DNA from: Pirellulales bacterium
Lineage (GTDB): Bacteria > Planctomycetota > Planctomycetia > Pirellulales > PALSA-1355
Direction: 5' to 3'
DNA length: 64,000 bases
Assembly: GCA_963733035.1 (NCBI GenBank)
Contig: CAVTBU010000005.1
Span: forward strand, 320,001-384,000
This document shows positions 21,606-31,401 of this stretch, in pieces (position 1 is the first letter of the stretch; each line of letters opens with the position of its first letter). Both the position numbers and the translations under genes were made by a program. The notes below the pieces were generated by a model. It made no database searches and was not told where the DNA came from. It saw only the letters and a list, made by a program, of their open reading frames with translations.

Positions 21606-22145
21606 TCAGTTGACGATCTCCTCGAGCGCCGCCGCGAACGCACCCAGTATGCCTTCGCTGAATAACACAAACCGTGCGTCTTCGATGGTTGGATCGCGCT
21701 CGAGAAACTCCTTGGTCGTCGCCAGTGCCACTCGACTGGCCTGGTCGACCGGGTAGCCGTAGATGCCACAAGAAATTGCCGGTAGGGCAATCGAGCGGCA
21801 GTCATGTTGGGCCGCCAGCTCGAGAGCCGCGCGATACGCACTGGCCAACAGCTCCGCTTCGCCCGCCCGGCCGCCATTCCAGCGCGGGCCGACAGCATGG
21901 ATGACGTAGCGGGCCGGCAGATCGCCTGCCGTGCTGATCACGGCCGAACCAGTTGGACACCCCGCGGGATAGCGGCGGTTGGTCTCCTCCATGATGGCAC
22001 GCCCGCCACGGCGATGGACCGCGCCGTCTACTCCGCCTCCTCCGACGAGACGGCTATTTGCCGCATTGACGATTGCATCGACATGCTGCTGCGTAATATC
22101 GCCGAGCGTGAGTTGGAGTGTGCGCCCCTGGATGTTGACCTGCAT
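21606..22145 (-). CDS. Macro domain O-acetyl-ADP-ribose deacetylase (YmdB-like)
   Basis: GDIT, DAIVNAAN, GGGGVDGAVH, VIHAVGP, PAISCGIYGYP. Confidence 0.93.
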   Translation of the reverse strand: MQVNIQGRTLQLTLGDITQQHVDAIVNAANSRLVGGGGVDGAVHRRGGRAIMEETNRRYPAGCPTGSAVISTAGDLPARYVIHAVGPRWNGGRAGEAELLASAYRAALELAAQHDCRSIALPAISCGIYGYPVDQASRVALATTKEFLERDPTIEDARFVLFSEGILGAFAAALEEIVN

Positions 22146-22286
22146 GGAGAAATCTCCTGCTTCAATTCCGGTCTATTTGCCCGGCCGGCAAGCGTCCCTG
22201 CGTGTTGGTACACTGGAAGTCGCGGGCGCGCTGCGACGCGCTGCGATGTCATGCGGCATTATAAACCCCTGCATCGATTGATCATC

Positions 22287-23198
22287 ATGCGAAGTTGGCT
22301 GACAATTGTAGTTATAAGTGGCGTCCTGGTCGGCACTGCAGTCGGGCGCGATATCTATGTGAGCAATTTGGGTGGCAACGACCGCCAGGACGGTAGCGCC
22401 ATGCAGTCGGTGCTCCCCGGGAGTGGACCCGTGCGAACCATCGGCGAAGCGCTGCGGCTGGCTCGCGCCGGTGATCGCATCGAGATTGCGAACACGGGCC
22501 GTCCCTACCGCGAAAGCCTGAGCCTCATCGGCCGTCGCCACGGCGGCAACGAGTTGGGGCCGCTTGTCATCGAAGGCCATGGCGCCGTACTTGATGGCAC
22601 CGTACGCATTCCCGACGATCAGTGGGAACACTACTCCCGCAGCGTCTTTGCCTACCGCCCAGCTCGGCTGGGGCATCAACAATTGTTTCTTGCCGGCCGC
22701 CCGGCCCGCCGACATCCGACGCCGAAAGAGTCGATCAAGCCGCCACCGCTGGCACCGCTCGAATGGTGCTTTTGGCGGGGGAAGATCTTGTTGCGCGTCG
22801 AGGAAGGCCGGCTGCCAGAAATGTACGACGCGTCGTGCTGCGGACTGCAAACGGGAATCACATTGTACTACGTCGACGACGTTTTAATTCGCAACTTGCT
22901 CGTGCAAGGCTTCGCGCAGGATGGCATTGCCGCGCACGACGTCGTCCGCAACACGAGGCTGGAAGCGATCACCTGCTGCGACAACGGCATGAGCGGCGTC
23001 TCGGTCCGTGGGGCCTCGCGGATCGAATTGGATGGCTGCCGCCTGTTTGGCAACGGTAAGTCGCAATTGCGTATCGAGGACTATGCTCACTGCTGGCTGT
23101 ACCGCTGCCAGCTGCCGTCCGATACGGCTCCGGCAATGCAGCGATTGGGCGGTGAAGTCAACGAGTCGGCAGAACCCTTCGCTCGAATTACGCCCTAA
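22287..23198 (+). CDS. Exported right-handed parallel beta-helix protein
   Basis: Signal peptide, IYVSNLGGND, GPVRTIGEAL..ARAGDRI, PbH1-like repeats (DGIAAHD, NGMSGVSVRG). Confidence 0.8.
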   Translation: MRSWLTIVVISGVLVGTAVGRDIYVSNLGGNDRQDGSAMQSVLPGSGPVRTIGEALRLARAGDRIEIANTGRPYRESLSLIGRRHGGNELGPLVIEGHGAVLDGTVRIPDDQWEHYSRSVFAYRPARLGHQQLFLAGRPARRHPTPKESIKPPPLAPLEWCFWRGKILLRVEEGRLPEMYDASCCGLQTGITLYYVDDVLIRNLLVQGFAQDGIAAHDVVRNTRLEAITCCDNGMSGVSVRGASRIELDGCRLFGNGKSQLRIEDYAHCWLYRCQLPSDTAPAMQRLGGEVNESAEPFARITP

Positions 23199-23295
23199 CG
23201 CGTCAGCGGTTGGTGTCCCTTGGGAGATCGGCCGCGATTCGTTAGAATGCAAGCAATCGATCGCGCCGGGCCGAACATGTCTCAGCACGGTTGCC

Positions 23296-23324
23296 TTGAC
23301 AGTCCAGAGCGTGAATGATAGTTT
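23296..23324 (+). promoter_or_regulatory. Sigma-70 promoter of tRNA-Ala
   Basis: TTGACA-17 bp-TAGTTT with TG extended -10, about 30 bp before the tRNA. Confidence 0.7.
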
Positions 23325-23355
23325 TCGGTGCTTTGGCAAACCGCCCAAAACCCAC

Positions 23356-23431
<76 letters not shown>

Positions 23432-23436
23432 GGAGC

Positions 23437-23484
23437 AAAAGCGGCTCATCGCGAAGACTCGCGGCGGGCCGCTTTTGATTTTTC
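23437..23484 (+). terminator. Terminator after tRNA-Ala
   Basis: AAAAGCGGCTCATCGCGA-AGAC-TCGCGGCGGGCCGCTTTT hairpin (G:U pairs, one mismatch) followed by T-rich tail. Confidence 0.75.
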
Positions 23485-23667
23485 CCTCACGATTTGCTGG
23501 TGGCCTTTGAGCCCGCACCGGCCACTCGATCAGCTATGTCGGATTTGACGTGACGTTGCCGACGGCTGATGGCAACCGGTCATTGATGATTGCCCGGTTG
23601 CTCAGAGTTCATGTCGTGCCGGACGACGGCAAGCCGTGTTACGCGCGGATGTGGGTGAAACGAGTTC

Positions 23668-23968
23668 TCAAGCCACTTCGCTGATGAAGTCCTCGAATTT
23701 TCCTGTGCGGCTGCGGGAGATTTCGTCAACTCTCCGCACGGTCACTGAGAATCGATAACCCAGCGTCTGCTGCATGTAGGTTTGTACGCGTTGAACTTCG
23801 TCGGATGTGAAATCGTGATCACGGACCGCATGCACGTCTATCTGTTGGGGCGTGCGTTGGATGACTTGGAACTGATAAAACGGCGGGAGCTCCTCGGGGC
23901 GGTCTCCCGCGGTGAAAACGGGCCAACGACTAGATCCGTCGGGCATGATCAACAGATTACGCCGCCAG
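23668..23968 (-). pseudogene. C-terminal fragment of a phenylacetate-CoA ligase (PaaK/CapK-like) family gene
   Basis: RRNLLIMPDGSSRWP, QFQVIQ, RVDEISRSRTGKFEDFISEV; the N-terminal adenylation domain is missing. Confidence 0.75.
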
Positions 23969-24418
23969 CATTGGGGCGACACGGCGTTGATGAAGCTGGG
24001 TGGCGAACTTGCCCTCTCCATGGCTGACCGAAGTCCGACGGAGCACTGGTACTGGTTCTTGATTTCGCAGGGTTACAAAACGTATCGATTCTTACCCATT
24101 TTTTTCCACGAGTTCTATCCGCGCTATGATGCGACGACGCCCGCCGCGATGCAGGACACGATCGACACGCTCGCGAGTTCGAAATATGGGAGCCAATACA
24201 GTCCGATCGACGGCGTCGTTCGCCCGACAGCTTCTCAATACCGCCTACGCGAAGGTGTCGCCGATGCCACCGAGGAACGTCGCCGCGACCCGCACGTCAA
24301 CTTCTTCGTCGAGAAGAATCCTGGCCACACGAGAGGAGAGGAACTGTGTTGCATCGCACCGCTTTCACGCAAAAACATGACGAAGGCAGCCCACCGAATT
24401 CTCAATTCAGGCGCATAG
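23960..24418 (+). pseudogene. C-terminal fragment of a GNAT-like hypothetical gene
   Basis: HWGDTAL, YWFLISQGYKTYRFLPIFFHEFYP, DPHVNFFVEKNPGHTRGEELCC; no credible start or N-terminal part. Confidence 0.65.
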
Positions 24419-24561
24419 CACCACGTTCTTGTCGTTGCGCGGGGTGGAACTAATGCTGTCTGGATGCCAAGTGGCCACGGCAAGGGCAACGTGAGCCAGC
24501 TTGACTAGCGCGCGTTCGACTGCTTGTCAAGCAGCCAGATCGGGCCAAGGGGTTGTTTTTT

Positions 24562-24608
24562 AAAAAAAACCAAACGCCAGCGCGCAAGGGTGCGCGCGGC
24601 GTTTGGTT
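24562..24608 (-). terminator. Strong hairpin with T-run (minus-strand intrinsic terminator)
   Basis: AACCAAACGCC-A-GCGCGCA-AGGG-TGCGCGC-GGCGTTTGGTT adjoining an A8 run on the + strand. Confidence 0.6.
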
Positions 24609-25201
24609 GGACGCTTTTCAAAAATAGAAGCGTGTCGTGCTCGGTTGAGCCGGGATTGGACTTTGAAAGTGGTTAATGGTTGGTCACTCCTCGGCCATCG
24701 ACCGAGCGGCGCGACACGCGGCATGCAGCACGAAGCACTCGTTTTACCAGTACGTCAAGTGACGGCAGCTTCCGCCACCGCCAAGCCAGGCTAAAAAACC
24801 TTCGTGCGGCAAAGACAGCCAGACCTGCCGCGCAAGTTGCAGCGCCGTGGTACCCCGGCGCCGTCGTATTGCGGCAAGCGGCGAACATGTGGACGCAAGC
24901 GAACCCCGTAATCCTCGTGCCGCCGAAACGTGTCGGCGGGGATGGGCAGGTTCCAAAGACAAGACAACCAAGGTCCCAGGCTTGTTGCTCGTCCACACGT
25001 CGCAGGCCATCCGACCGCGGGTGAGTATGCCGCAGGTGCTGGCCCGATTTCAAGCGCGAGAATTCTTGGATTGTCGGAAGGCGATTATTTGCTGAGGGAT
25101 CGGCGTTGCGCTTGACGGGCTAACCAAAGCATGGAGGCACGGCCAAGCATATGCGACGCCGACGTACTCCTACCGGATCGTGGAAAAAATCCGCGTTGCA
25201 A

Positions 25202-25918
25202 CTACTTGCGCCGCCCGTCGGCGCCTCTTGCGGAAACGGCCGGAGCCGGTTCCATGGCCTTGCCGACCGACTCTACTTGCTTGCCGAGGTTTTCAAACCC
25301 CTTGCCGACTTCATCCACCCCGTAGCTCATGCCCTTAACCAGCCTGGCGGAAATCGAGCGGACGTCTTTGGCCACGGTCTGCGTTGCGGCCTGAACTTCC
25401 TGTCCGCTCAGCTGAGCCGCATGCTCCAGGTTGTCAACCGCCGCCCGCAATTGCTCGCCGGTTCGCTCGGCTCGCTTTTGCAACCATGACCGTTCGGCCA
25501 TCAGGTAGTGATGACGCGACAAGCGATGCAGGGCGCGAGCCATCGGTCGATCGAGTTCTTGCACCGAGTCCACCTTTCCATTCTCGACACGGTGCGCCAG
25601 CGACTCCAACTCGTCGGCCGAGTGATTGAGCGGGGGCCCGGTCACGTCGCCGGACTGATTTGACTCGGAACGCAGTATCGTGGCAGCCTTCCGCAACCGC
25701 TTGGCGGTCGCTCCCAAGTCGACGGTCAGGAACGACTCTCGGGCCATGCCAAGTTGCAGGCCAGGTTCGTCGGACAGAGTGTCCGGCGAGTCCTCGTGAA
25801 CGAGGATTGGTTTCTGGGAAGCCTTTGCGTCGGCCGATGCGGTTGGTTCGGTGGCCAGGGAGGCAGCGGCAACGATATGCAAGGCACCAACGGCAAGAAT
25901 AAAAATGGAGCGTGTCAT
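25202..25918 (-). CDS. Exported helical hypothetical protein
   Basis: AGGAGG RBS, signal peptide MTRSIFILAVGALHIVAAASLA, amphipathic helical repeats. Confidence 0.75.
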   Translation of the reverse strand: MTRSIFILAVGALHIVAAASLATEPTASADAKASQKPILVHEDSPDTLSDEPGLQLGMARESFLTVDLGATAKRLRKAATILRSESNQSGDVTGPPLNHSADELESLAHRVENGKVDSVQELDRPMARALHRLSRHHYLMAERSWLQKRAERTGEQLRAAVDNLEHAAQLSGQEVQAATQTVAKDVRSISARLVKGMSYGVDEVGKGFENLGKQVESVGKAMEPAPAVSARGADGRRK

Positions 25919-26171
25919 GGCGCCTCCTTGAGCGTGCAGAATTGAGGGGTGCGAGTCCGTGCCCGAATCGTGGGAACGGTAGGGTAGCACTAAGATCGTG
26001 TCAATCGAGAACCTGTTCCGCCAGGGTCGTCGCTTCGGTGGCGTCTGGGCCCTTTTGTCGACCGGTGGCGGACACGCCCTGCCGCACACTTGTGTGCGGA
26101 TGTGCAGCATGGCGGTCAATTCAAATGGCGAATTGGGGGCCACATTGTCGCGGTTTCGCGTCCAGCGTGAA

Positions 26172-26187
26172 TGGCACGCCGCTTGCT
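26172..26187 (+). promoter_or_regulatory. Sigma-54 promoter
   Basis: TGGCACG-CCGC-TTGCT, a perfect match to TGGCACG-N4-TTGCW, in an intergenic region. Confidence 0.7.
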
Positions 26188-26302
26188 AGAATTTGCACGC
26201 ATTGGGGTAACTTGATGAAACACGGTCAAGTAGGCGGTCGCTCAACGACCAAGGTAAGGAACGGTCATGCCCCCCCTGCCATGCGAATATGGAATCAAGG
26301 CA

Positions 26303-26482
26303 ATGAGCGAACACGAAGAGCGCTGTGAGATATCCGGAGTTTACTTCGGTAGCGGCGGATGCGGCCATGCGACCGAGGTCAAGATTGCTCGGGACCAGCA
26401 ATTCCCGGACTGCAAGATTTGCGGCAAAGAACTAAATTGGACTCTCCTGCGGCCGATGGAAGTTCGACAGGACGATTTTTAG
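26303..26482 (+). CDS. Small YjzC-like zinc-ribbon protein (59 aa)
   Basis: ERCEISGVY..GCGH..FPDCKICG..NWTL pattern; downstream of the sigma-54 motif. Confidence 0.65.
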   Translation: MSEHEERCEISGVYFGSGGCGHATEVKIARDQQFPDCKICGKELNWTLLRPMEVRQDDF

Positions 26483-26584
26483 TCTGGCACGTGAGACAAC
26501 CCTCAAGGGTTCTGCCCGAAGGTTGAAAAACCTTTGTCGATCGCTTGCGCAGGCAACCGCTCTGTGGTTCGCGGCTGGACAAAT

Positions 26585-27460
26585 TTAGTCGCGGCGCCGC
26601 GGCTTCTTATCCGGCGGAGCCTGACTATAGTCGCCGAAGGGGGCGTCTCGCTCGGTCACGGCTGCTCGTACGCCTTGCTGTTCGGCCGTTCGCACGAACG
26701 CGCGTCCTTCGGGTGTATTGCGCATGATGCCGTCGAGGATTGTGCCCAGGTATTGCGTGCCCTGCAGGCCCATGTTGTCATAGGCCTGGTTGACCACCAA
26801 CTTCATGGCGGCCAGCTGCGTGGCGGGAATGCGCGCCAAGCGGTCGGCCCAATAGCGAGCCTTCTCGTCGAGTTCTTCGAGAGGGTAGGCGAAGTTGATC
26901 AATCCAACGTCGGCCGCCTCCGTGCCTGACAGGGACTCGCCAGTAAGGGCATAGAATTTTGCGCGCGTGAGTCCCAAGCGGTAAATCCACATGCCGGTTA
27001 GGTGGCAACCCCAGACCCGGGCGTAGGGAGTTCCGAAGCGGGCGTCTCTCGAGGCGATGACCAGGTCGGCGAGCAGCGCCATTTCCGAACCGCCGCCGAC
27101 GCACCAGCCGTGCACCTTGGCAATGACCGGTTTCGAGCTTCGCCAAAGGTGCATGAACGTAGGAATCGGCGCAGTGTAGGGATTCGTCACTTGGATGACG
27201 TCCATGCCCGGGTCGTATCCCTGCTCGGCCAGCCCTTCGTATTGCTTGAGACCGTCGGAGAAATCGAAACCAGCACAGAACGAATCTCCCGCCCCTTCGA
27301 GCACGATCACGCGCACGGCGGCATCGTGCTGCGCGTCGGCCAGGGCGGCGTCCATTTCCTGCCACATCACAGGGTGCAGGGCGTTGTACTTGTCGGGTCG
27401 ATTGAGGGTGATCGTGGCAACGCGGTCTTGCTTGGCGAATCGGATCATTTCAAACGACAT
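26585..27460 (-). CDS. Crotonase/enoyl-CoA hydratase family protein
   Basis: ITLNRPDKYNAL, FCAGFD, KPVIAKVHGWCVGGGSE, LTGESLSGTEA. Confidence 0.92.
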   Translation of the reverse strand: MSFEMIRFAKQDRVATITLNRPDKYNALHPVMWQEMDAALADAQHDAAVRVIVLEGAGDSFCAGFDFSDGLKQYEGLAEQGYDPGMDVIQVTNPYTAPIPTFMHLWRSSKPVIAKVHGWCVGGGSEMALLADLVIASRDARFGTPYARVWGCHLTGMWIYRLGLTRAKFYALTGESLSGTEAADVGLINFAYPLEELDEKARYWADRLARIPATQLAAMKLVVNQAYDNMGLQGTQYLGTILDGIMRNTPEGRAFVRTAEQQGVRAAVTERDAPFGDYSQAPPDKKPRRRD

Positions 27461-27599
27461 CGAAGTGCTCCAGCGGATGAGCTCTGGGCCGAGCGGTGAG
27501 ACGCAAGACGTGGGGCGCCGTATTGTAGGCGGTTTGCGGCGGAAGCTTCAAGCGCGCCGGAGCGATCGCCGACTTGAATCGATGAACCTGAGCGCTGCA

Positions 27600-28340
27600 T
27601 TAGGTCTTTACGCAATCGATCAGAATGGCGCTCGGCTTGTCGAGAAACTCTCGCCAGTACGCACCCCCGTCTTTGGCCTCGACGTTTGGGTCGAGCGACG
27701 GCCGATGGACCTGAAACTGGCAAAAACCCGCGTCCTCGAACGCCGCCTGGTACGCTTCGATGGGAAGGTAGTAGTTCTGAATCTCCAGCGTCGAGTCGTC
27801 TAGGTGAATCAACCAATCGATGGGAGCGCCCTCATAAGCCTGGTCGGCCAGACGTATGTCAAACCCATACTTTCGATAGTCGGGTTGTTTGAAATCATAC
27901 ACATTGGGATTCGTGGTGTACGTTACAAATCGTCCTCCCGGCTTCAGTAGTCGTGCGAGCCCCCGACACATTTGGCCGAGCTCTTGCCGGTCATGGGCAT
28001 ACACCAATAGCCACGCCGCCACCACCAGGTCGTAGTCACGCCGCGGCTCCTCGGCGCGAGCATCCTCGACGAGGTACTCGATGCCCACCGGGTCGGTCAT
28101 CTCCTGAGCGCGCGCCAACTCGATCATCATTTCTGAGATATCGAGTCCCAAGACTCTTGCTGCCCCTGCCTGCCGGAGCTTCCGCGTGAAGTATCCCTCT
28201 CCACAAGCCACGTCGACGACGGCTTTACCGTTTAGGTCTCCAATGAGCTCCATGAACGAATATGCTTCCACCGCCGAACGCCAAGGTTGCTGTTTGGCCT
28301 TCTTATACTGCTGGCTGATGAAGTTGTAGTCAGTCGTCAT
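27600..28340 (-). CDS. Class I SAM-dependent methyltransferase
   Basis: VVDVACGEG, GLDISEMMI, YDLVVAAWLL, LKPGGRF. Confidence 0.9.
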   Translation of the reverse strand: MTTDYNFISQQYKKAKQQPWRSAVEAYSFMELIGDLNGKAVVDVACGEGYFTRKLRQAGAARVLGLDISEMMIELARAQEMTDPVGIEYLVEDARAEEPRRDYDLVVAAWLLVYAHDRQELGQMCRGLARLLKPGGRFVTYTTNPNVYDFKQPDYRKYGFDIRLADQAYEGAPIDWLIHLDDSTLEIQNYYLPIEAYQAAFEDAGFCQFQVHRPSLDPNVEAKDGGAYWREFLDKPSAILIDCVKT

Positions 28341-28673
28341 GGTCGTTCCGTTTGGTCTGGCGGTCAACTGGCGCGTCCACGCGGCAAGGCCAACCTAGTG
28401 CCGTCGTGGTGGGGCTCGTCGCGGCCCAGGGACTGAAATTGTAGCGTGTGGCCGTGAGTTGTGTCGCGACGAATCACCGTAGCCTGTCAATTGGATGCGA
28501 TTGACAGCATGTGAACCGAAATCGCCGGCAACGTGGCCGGTAAATGTCGTTTCACGCGGCTTGTTCGACCGCCGCGGCTTGCCGTTCGAGCGGATTGTTG
28601 CAATTGCGCTTCAGGAGTTGCACACTACAAGCGGGTTGTAGCTTGTACGCGGGATCTACAAGGGAGCTTGGCA

Positions 28674-30074
28674 ATGAAACGTGGTGCGCTGGGTGTGTTG
28701 GGCTTTGCATGTGTTTTCGTTTTGCTCCTGGTGCCAGCCGTAGCCGCGGACTTGCGGCTGGCCGCGGGCGTGGCGACGGTTGACATTACCCCCGAGCCTG
28801 GGCTGCGGATGTGGGGATATAGCAATCGCACCAGCGGCGCGACCGGAACGCTCGATCCGCTGATGGCGAAATGCGTCGTGCTCAAGGTTGGCGATGCGTC
28901 GGCGGCAATCGTCACGCTTGATTTGGGCCGCGTCCCGGAGCCAGCGGTGCTGGAAAAGGTTCGCCAGCGGACGATTACCGAATGTGGAATTAAGAATCTG
29001 TTCATCACGGCCAGCCACACGCATGCGGCGCCCAGCGTCGAGAGTATGCCCGACAGTCCGAACCGGTTTGGAGAACAGGTTGGAGCGCAGATTGGCGACA
29101 TCATCGTCAAAGCATCCGCGTCCACCGAGCCGGTGCGAATTGGCGTGGGTCGCGGGGCGGCGGATCTGGCGCACAACCGTCGGAAGTTTCTGCCCGACGG
29201 ACGCGTGGCGATGCAGTGGCGGAACGTCGAGCGCGAGCCGACCGCGCCGGTGGATAAAGAGTTCGCAGTGATTCGGCTCGATCGCGCCGACGGGAAACCC
29301 CTGGCGGTGCTCTTTCACTACGCCTGCCATCCGGTCGTACTGGGCTCCGACAATTTGCAATATAGCGCCGATTTTGTCGGCGAGGCGTGCAAGACAGTGA
29401 CCAGCGAATTGGCGGCACCGTGCCTGTTTCTGCAGGGTGCGTGCGGCAACATCAACCCGTATGTGGACAAGACGCCGCTCGCCGAAGGTGGGATCGCCGA
29501 GATGCGGAAGATGGGGCACGAGCTCGGTGGACTGCTGCTGGCGACCGCGCGCGACGTAAAGACCGCGCCACCCGAGGCGCCGTCACTGCAGTTCGACGCT
29601 CAGGTCATTCCGATCCGCACGCGGTGGGATATCGAGGCGCCCGAGGTCCGGGCTGTCCTGAGCAAGGCCTACGGCGCCCGGTTCGACAACTACATTGCCC
29701 ACACGATCGAGAACAACATCGTCCCTTGCACGCTGACATCGCTTTTGATCGACGGAAACTTGGCGCTAGTCGGCATGCCGGGCGAGCTGTTCGTGCAGTT
29801 CCAGACCGACCTGAAACAGCGATCGCCGGTGCGCGATACGTTTTTAGTCGGCTACACGGCCGGCTACCAGGCCTACTTCCCGACGATTCGCGACGCCGCC
29901 GCCGGCGGTTACGGCGGCAAGACAGCCACTTACGTCGAGCCTGGCGCCGGCGAACGGCTCACCGATGCGGCGTTGGTCGAGCTGTATCAGATGAAAGATC
30001 AATTGCACGATGTGCCGCGTGCGGAGGATTTTCGTTTGCTGGAGTATGACGCGGTGCGCGCGACGGGTCGGTAA
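28674..30074 (+). CDS. Exported neutral/alkaline ceramidase-family amidohydrolase
   Basis: Signal peptide, VDITP, DPLMAK, ASHTHAAP, NRR, HYACHP, SADFVG, QGACGNINP, PGELF. Confidence 0.88.
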   Translation: MKRGALGVLGFACVFVLLLVPAVAADLRLAAGVATVDITPEPGLRMWGYSNRTSGATGTLDPLMAKCVVLKVGDASAAIVTLDLGRVPEPAVLEKVRQRTITECGIKNLFITASHTHAAPSVESMPDSPNRFGEQVGAQIGDIIVKASASTEPVRIGVGRGAADLAHNRRKFLPDGRVAMQWRNVEREPTAPVDKEFAVIRLDRADGKPLAVLFHYACHPVVLGSDNLQYSADFVGEACKTVTSELAAPCLFLQGACGNINPYVDKTPLAEGGIAEMRKMGHELGGLLLATARDVKTAPPEAPSLQFDAQVIPIRTRWDIEAPEVRAVLSKAYGARFDNYIAHTIENNIVPCTLTSLLIDGNLALVGMPGELFVQFQTDLKQRSPVRDTFLVGYTAGYQAYFPTIRDAAAGGYGGKTATYVEPGAGERLTDAALVELYQMKDQLHDVPRAEDFRLLEYDAVRATGR

Positions 30075-30266
30075 CGGCGAGGATGTGCCCTCCTTTGATT
30101 GGCCGCCACACGGGTTGCTCTCCCGGCATTATCGCCTTCCATTAGACGCCGCCACCGCGTCCGTCTATAAAGGACCGTGCCGCGGGATGACGCGCTTCGC
30201 ACTTGTAGACACGTCGCGCAACCGCGGGTCGTGCCCCCCTGCCCTTACGGACTTGGACTTCACCTC

Positions 30267-31352
30267 ATGGAACCTCCTTCCACGCCGGCTTTGATCGTCG
30301 ATGGTGAAACGACGCTACGGAATCTCACGCGCATGGCGGAATATGGCGTGGAGCATGAAGTTGATATTCGGCCGCATACCAAGACGCACAAGTCGCGACA
30401 ATTGGCCGATCTGCAGATGGGGCTGGGAGCCGTGGGGCTCACGGCGGCAAAAGTGGGCGAGGCGGAACTCATGGCCGAGGTGGCCGACGACATCCTGCTG
30501 GCATATCCGGCCATCGACCCGACTCGAACCGCGCGCCTCGGACATCTGGCCGGACACGTGACGCTACGGGTGGCGGCCGATTCGCTGGAAGGCATCAAGC
30601 GGCTGGGCGCGGCGGCCAATCGAGCCAAAACGACCATCGGCATTCTCGTGGATCTCGATGTCGGCATGGGACGCACCGGCGTGCAAACCGCCAACGAAGC
30701 CCTCAAGCTCGCGCAATGCGTCGATGCCACGCCGGGCGTACGACTTGACGGACTGTTTTGCTATCCGGGCCACATCCAGCAGCCGCCCGACCAACAAGCC
30801 GACGCGTTAGACGCCGTTTCGCGAAAGCTCGGCAAAACTCTCGAACTCTGGGCGGCGCACGGCCTGGAAGCGCGGATTGTTTCGGGTGGATCGAGTCCGA
30901 CGGCATACCAATCGCACCTGGTGCCCGAATACACCGAGATCCGACCAGGCACGTATATCTACAACGATATGAACGGCGTGCGCGGTGGATTTTGCCGTCT
31001 GGAGGATTGTGCCGCCCGCATCTTATGCACCGTGGTTAGCACCGCCGTGCCCGGACAGGTGGTCATCGATGCAGGCACAAAGACGCTCACCAGCGACAAG
31101 TGCGGACCACTGCCCGACAGCGGTCACGGCTACATCGTCGAGTATCCCGAGGCTGTGATCAACAAGCTGACCGAGGAGCACGGGCAGGTTGACATTCGTA
31201 CGTGTGCCAGCGTGCCGAAGATCGGCGAGCGGTTGACGGTGATCCCAAACCACATCTGCCCTTGCGTCAACTTGCAGGACAGCGTCTGGTGGCGCGATGA
31301 AAACGGCGAGCTGGTGGAACTGGCGATCGACGCTCGCGGGTTGCTGGTCTAA
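30267..31352 (+). CDS. Fold-III PLP enzyme, D-threonine aldolase/DSD1 family
   Basis: TPALIVD, RPHTKTHKS, GRTGV, GGSSPT, EIRPGTY, DAGTKTL, EEHG, PNHICPCVNL. Confidence 0.9.
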   Translation: MEPPSTPALIVDGETTLRNLTRMAEYGVEHEVDIRPHTKTHKSRQLADLQMGLGAVGLTAAKVGEAELMAEVADDILLAYPAIDPTRTARLGHLAGHVTLRVAADSLEGIKRLGAAANRAKTTIGILVDLDVGMGRTGVQTANEALKLAQCVDATPGVRLDGLFCYPGHIQQPPDQQADALDAVSRKLGKTLELWAAHGLEARIVSGGSSPTAYQSHLVPEYTEIRPGTYIYNDMNGVRGGFCRLEDCAARILCTVVSTAVPGQVVIDAGTKTLTSDKCGPLPDSGHGYIVEYPEAVINKLTEEHGQVDIRTCASVPKIGERLTVIPNHICPCVNLQDSVWWRDENGELVELAIDARGLLV

Positions 31353-31401
31353 ACAGGATAGGACATCGGTTAGACGATTCGGCACGGTTCGCCACAGAAT
31401 G

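Noticed and set aside
21804..22286. N-terminal extensions given by the ORF track (also at 19740, 32952, 58396, 14316)
   Set aside because: They overlap neighbouring genes or promoters; downstream starts with RBS or signal peptides fit better
24603..25115. Short ORFs in the gap after the GNAT-like fragment
   Set aside because: No clear RBS, no motifs, mutually overlapping frames
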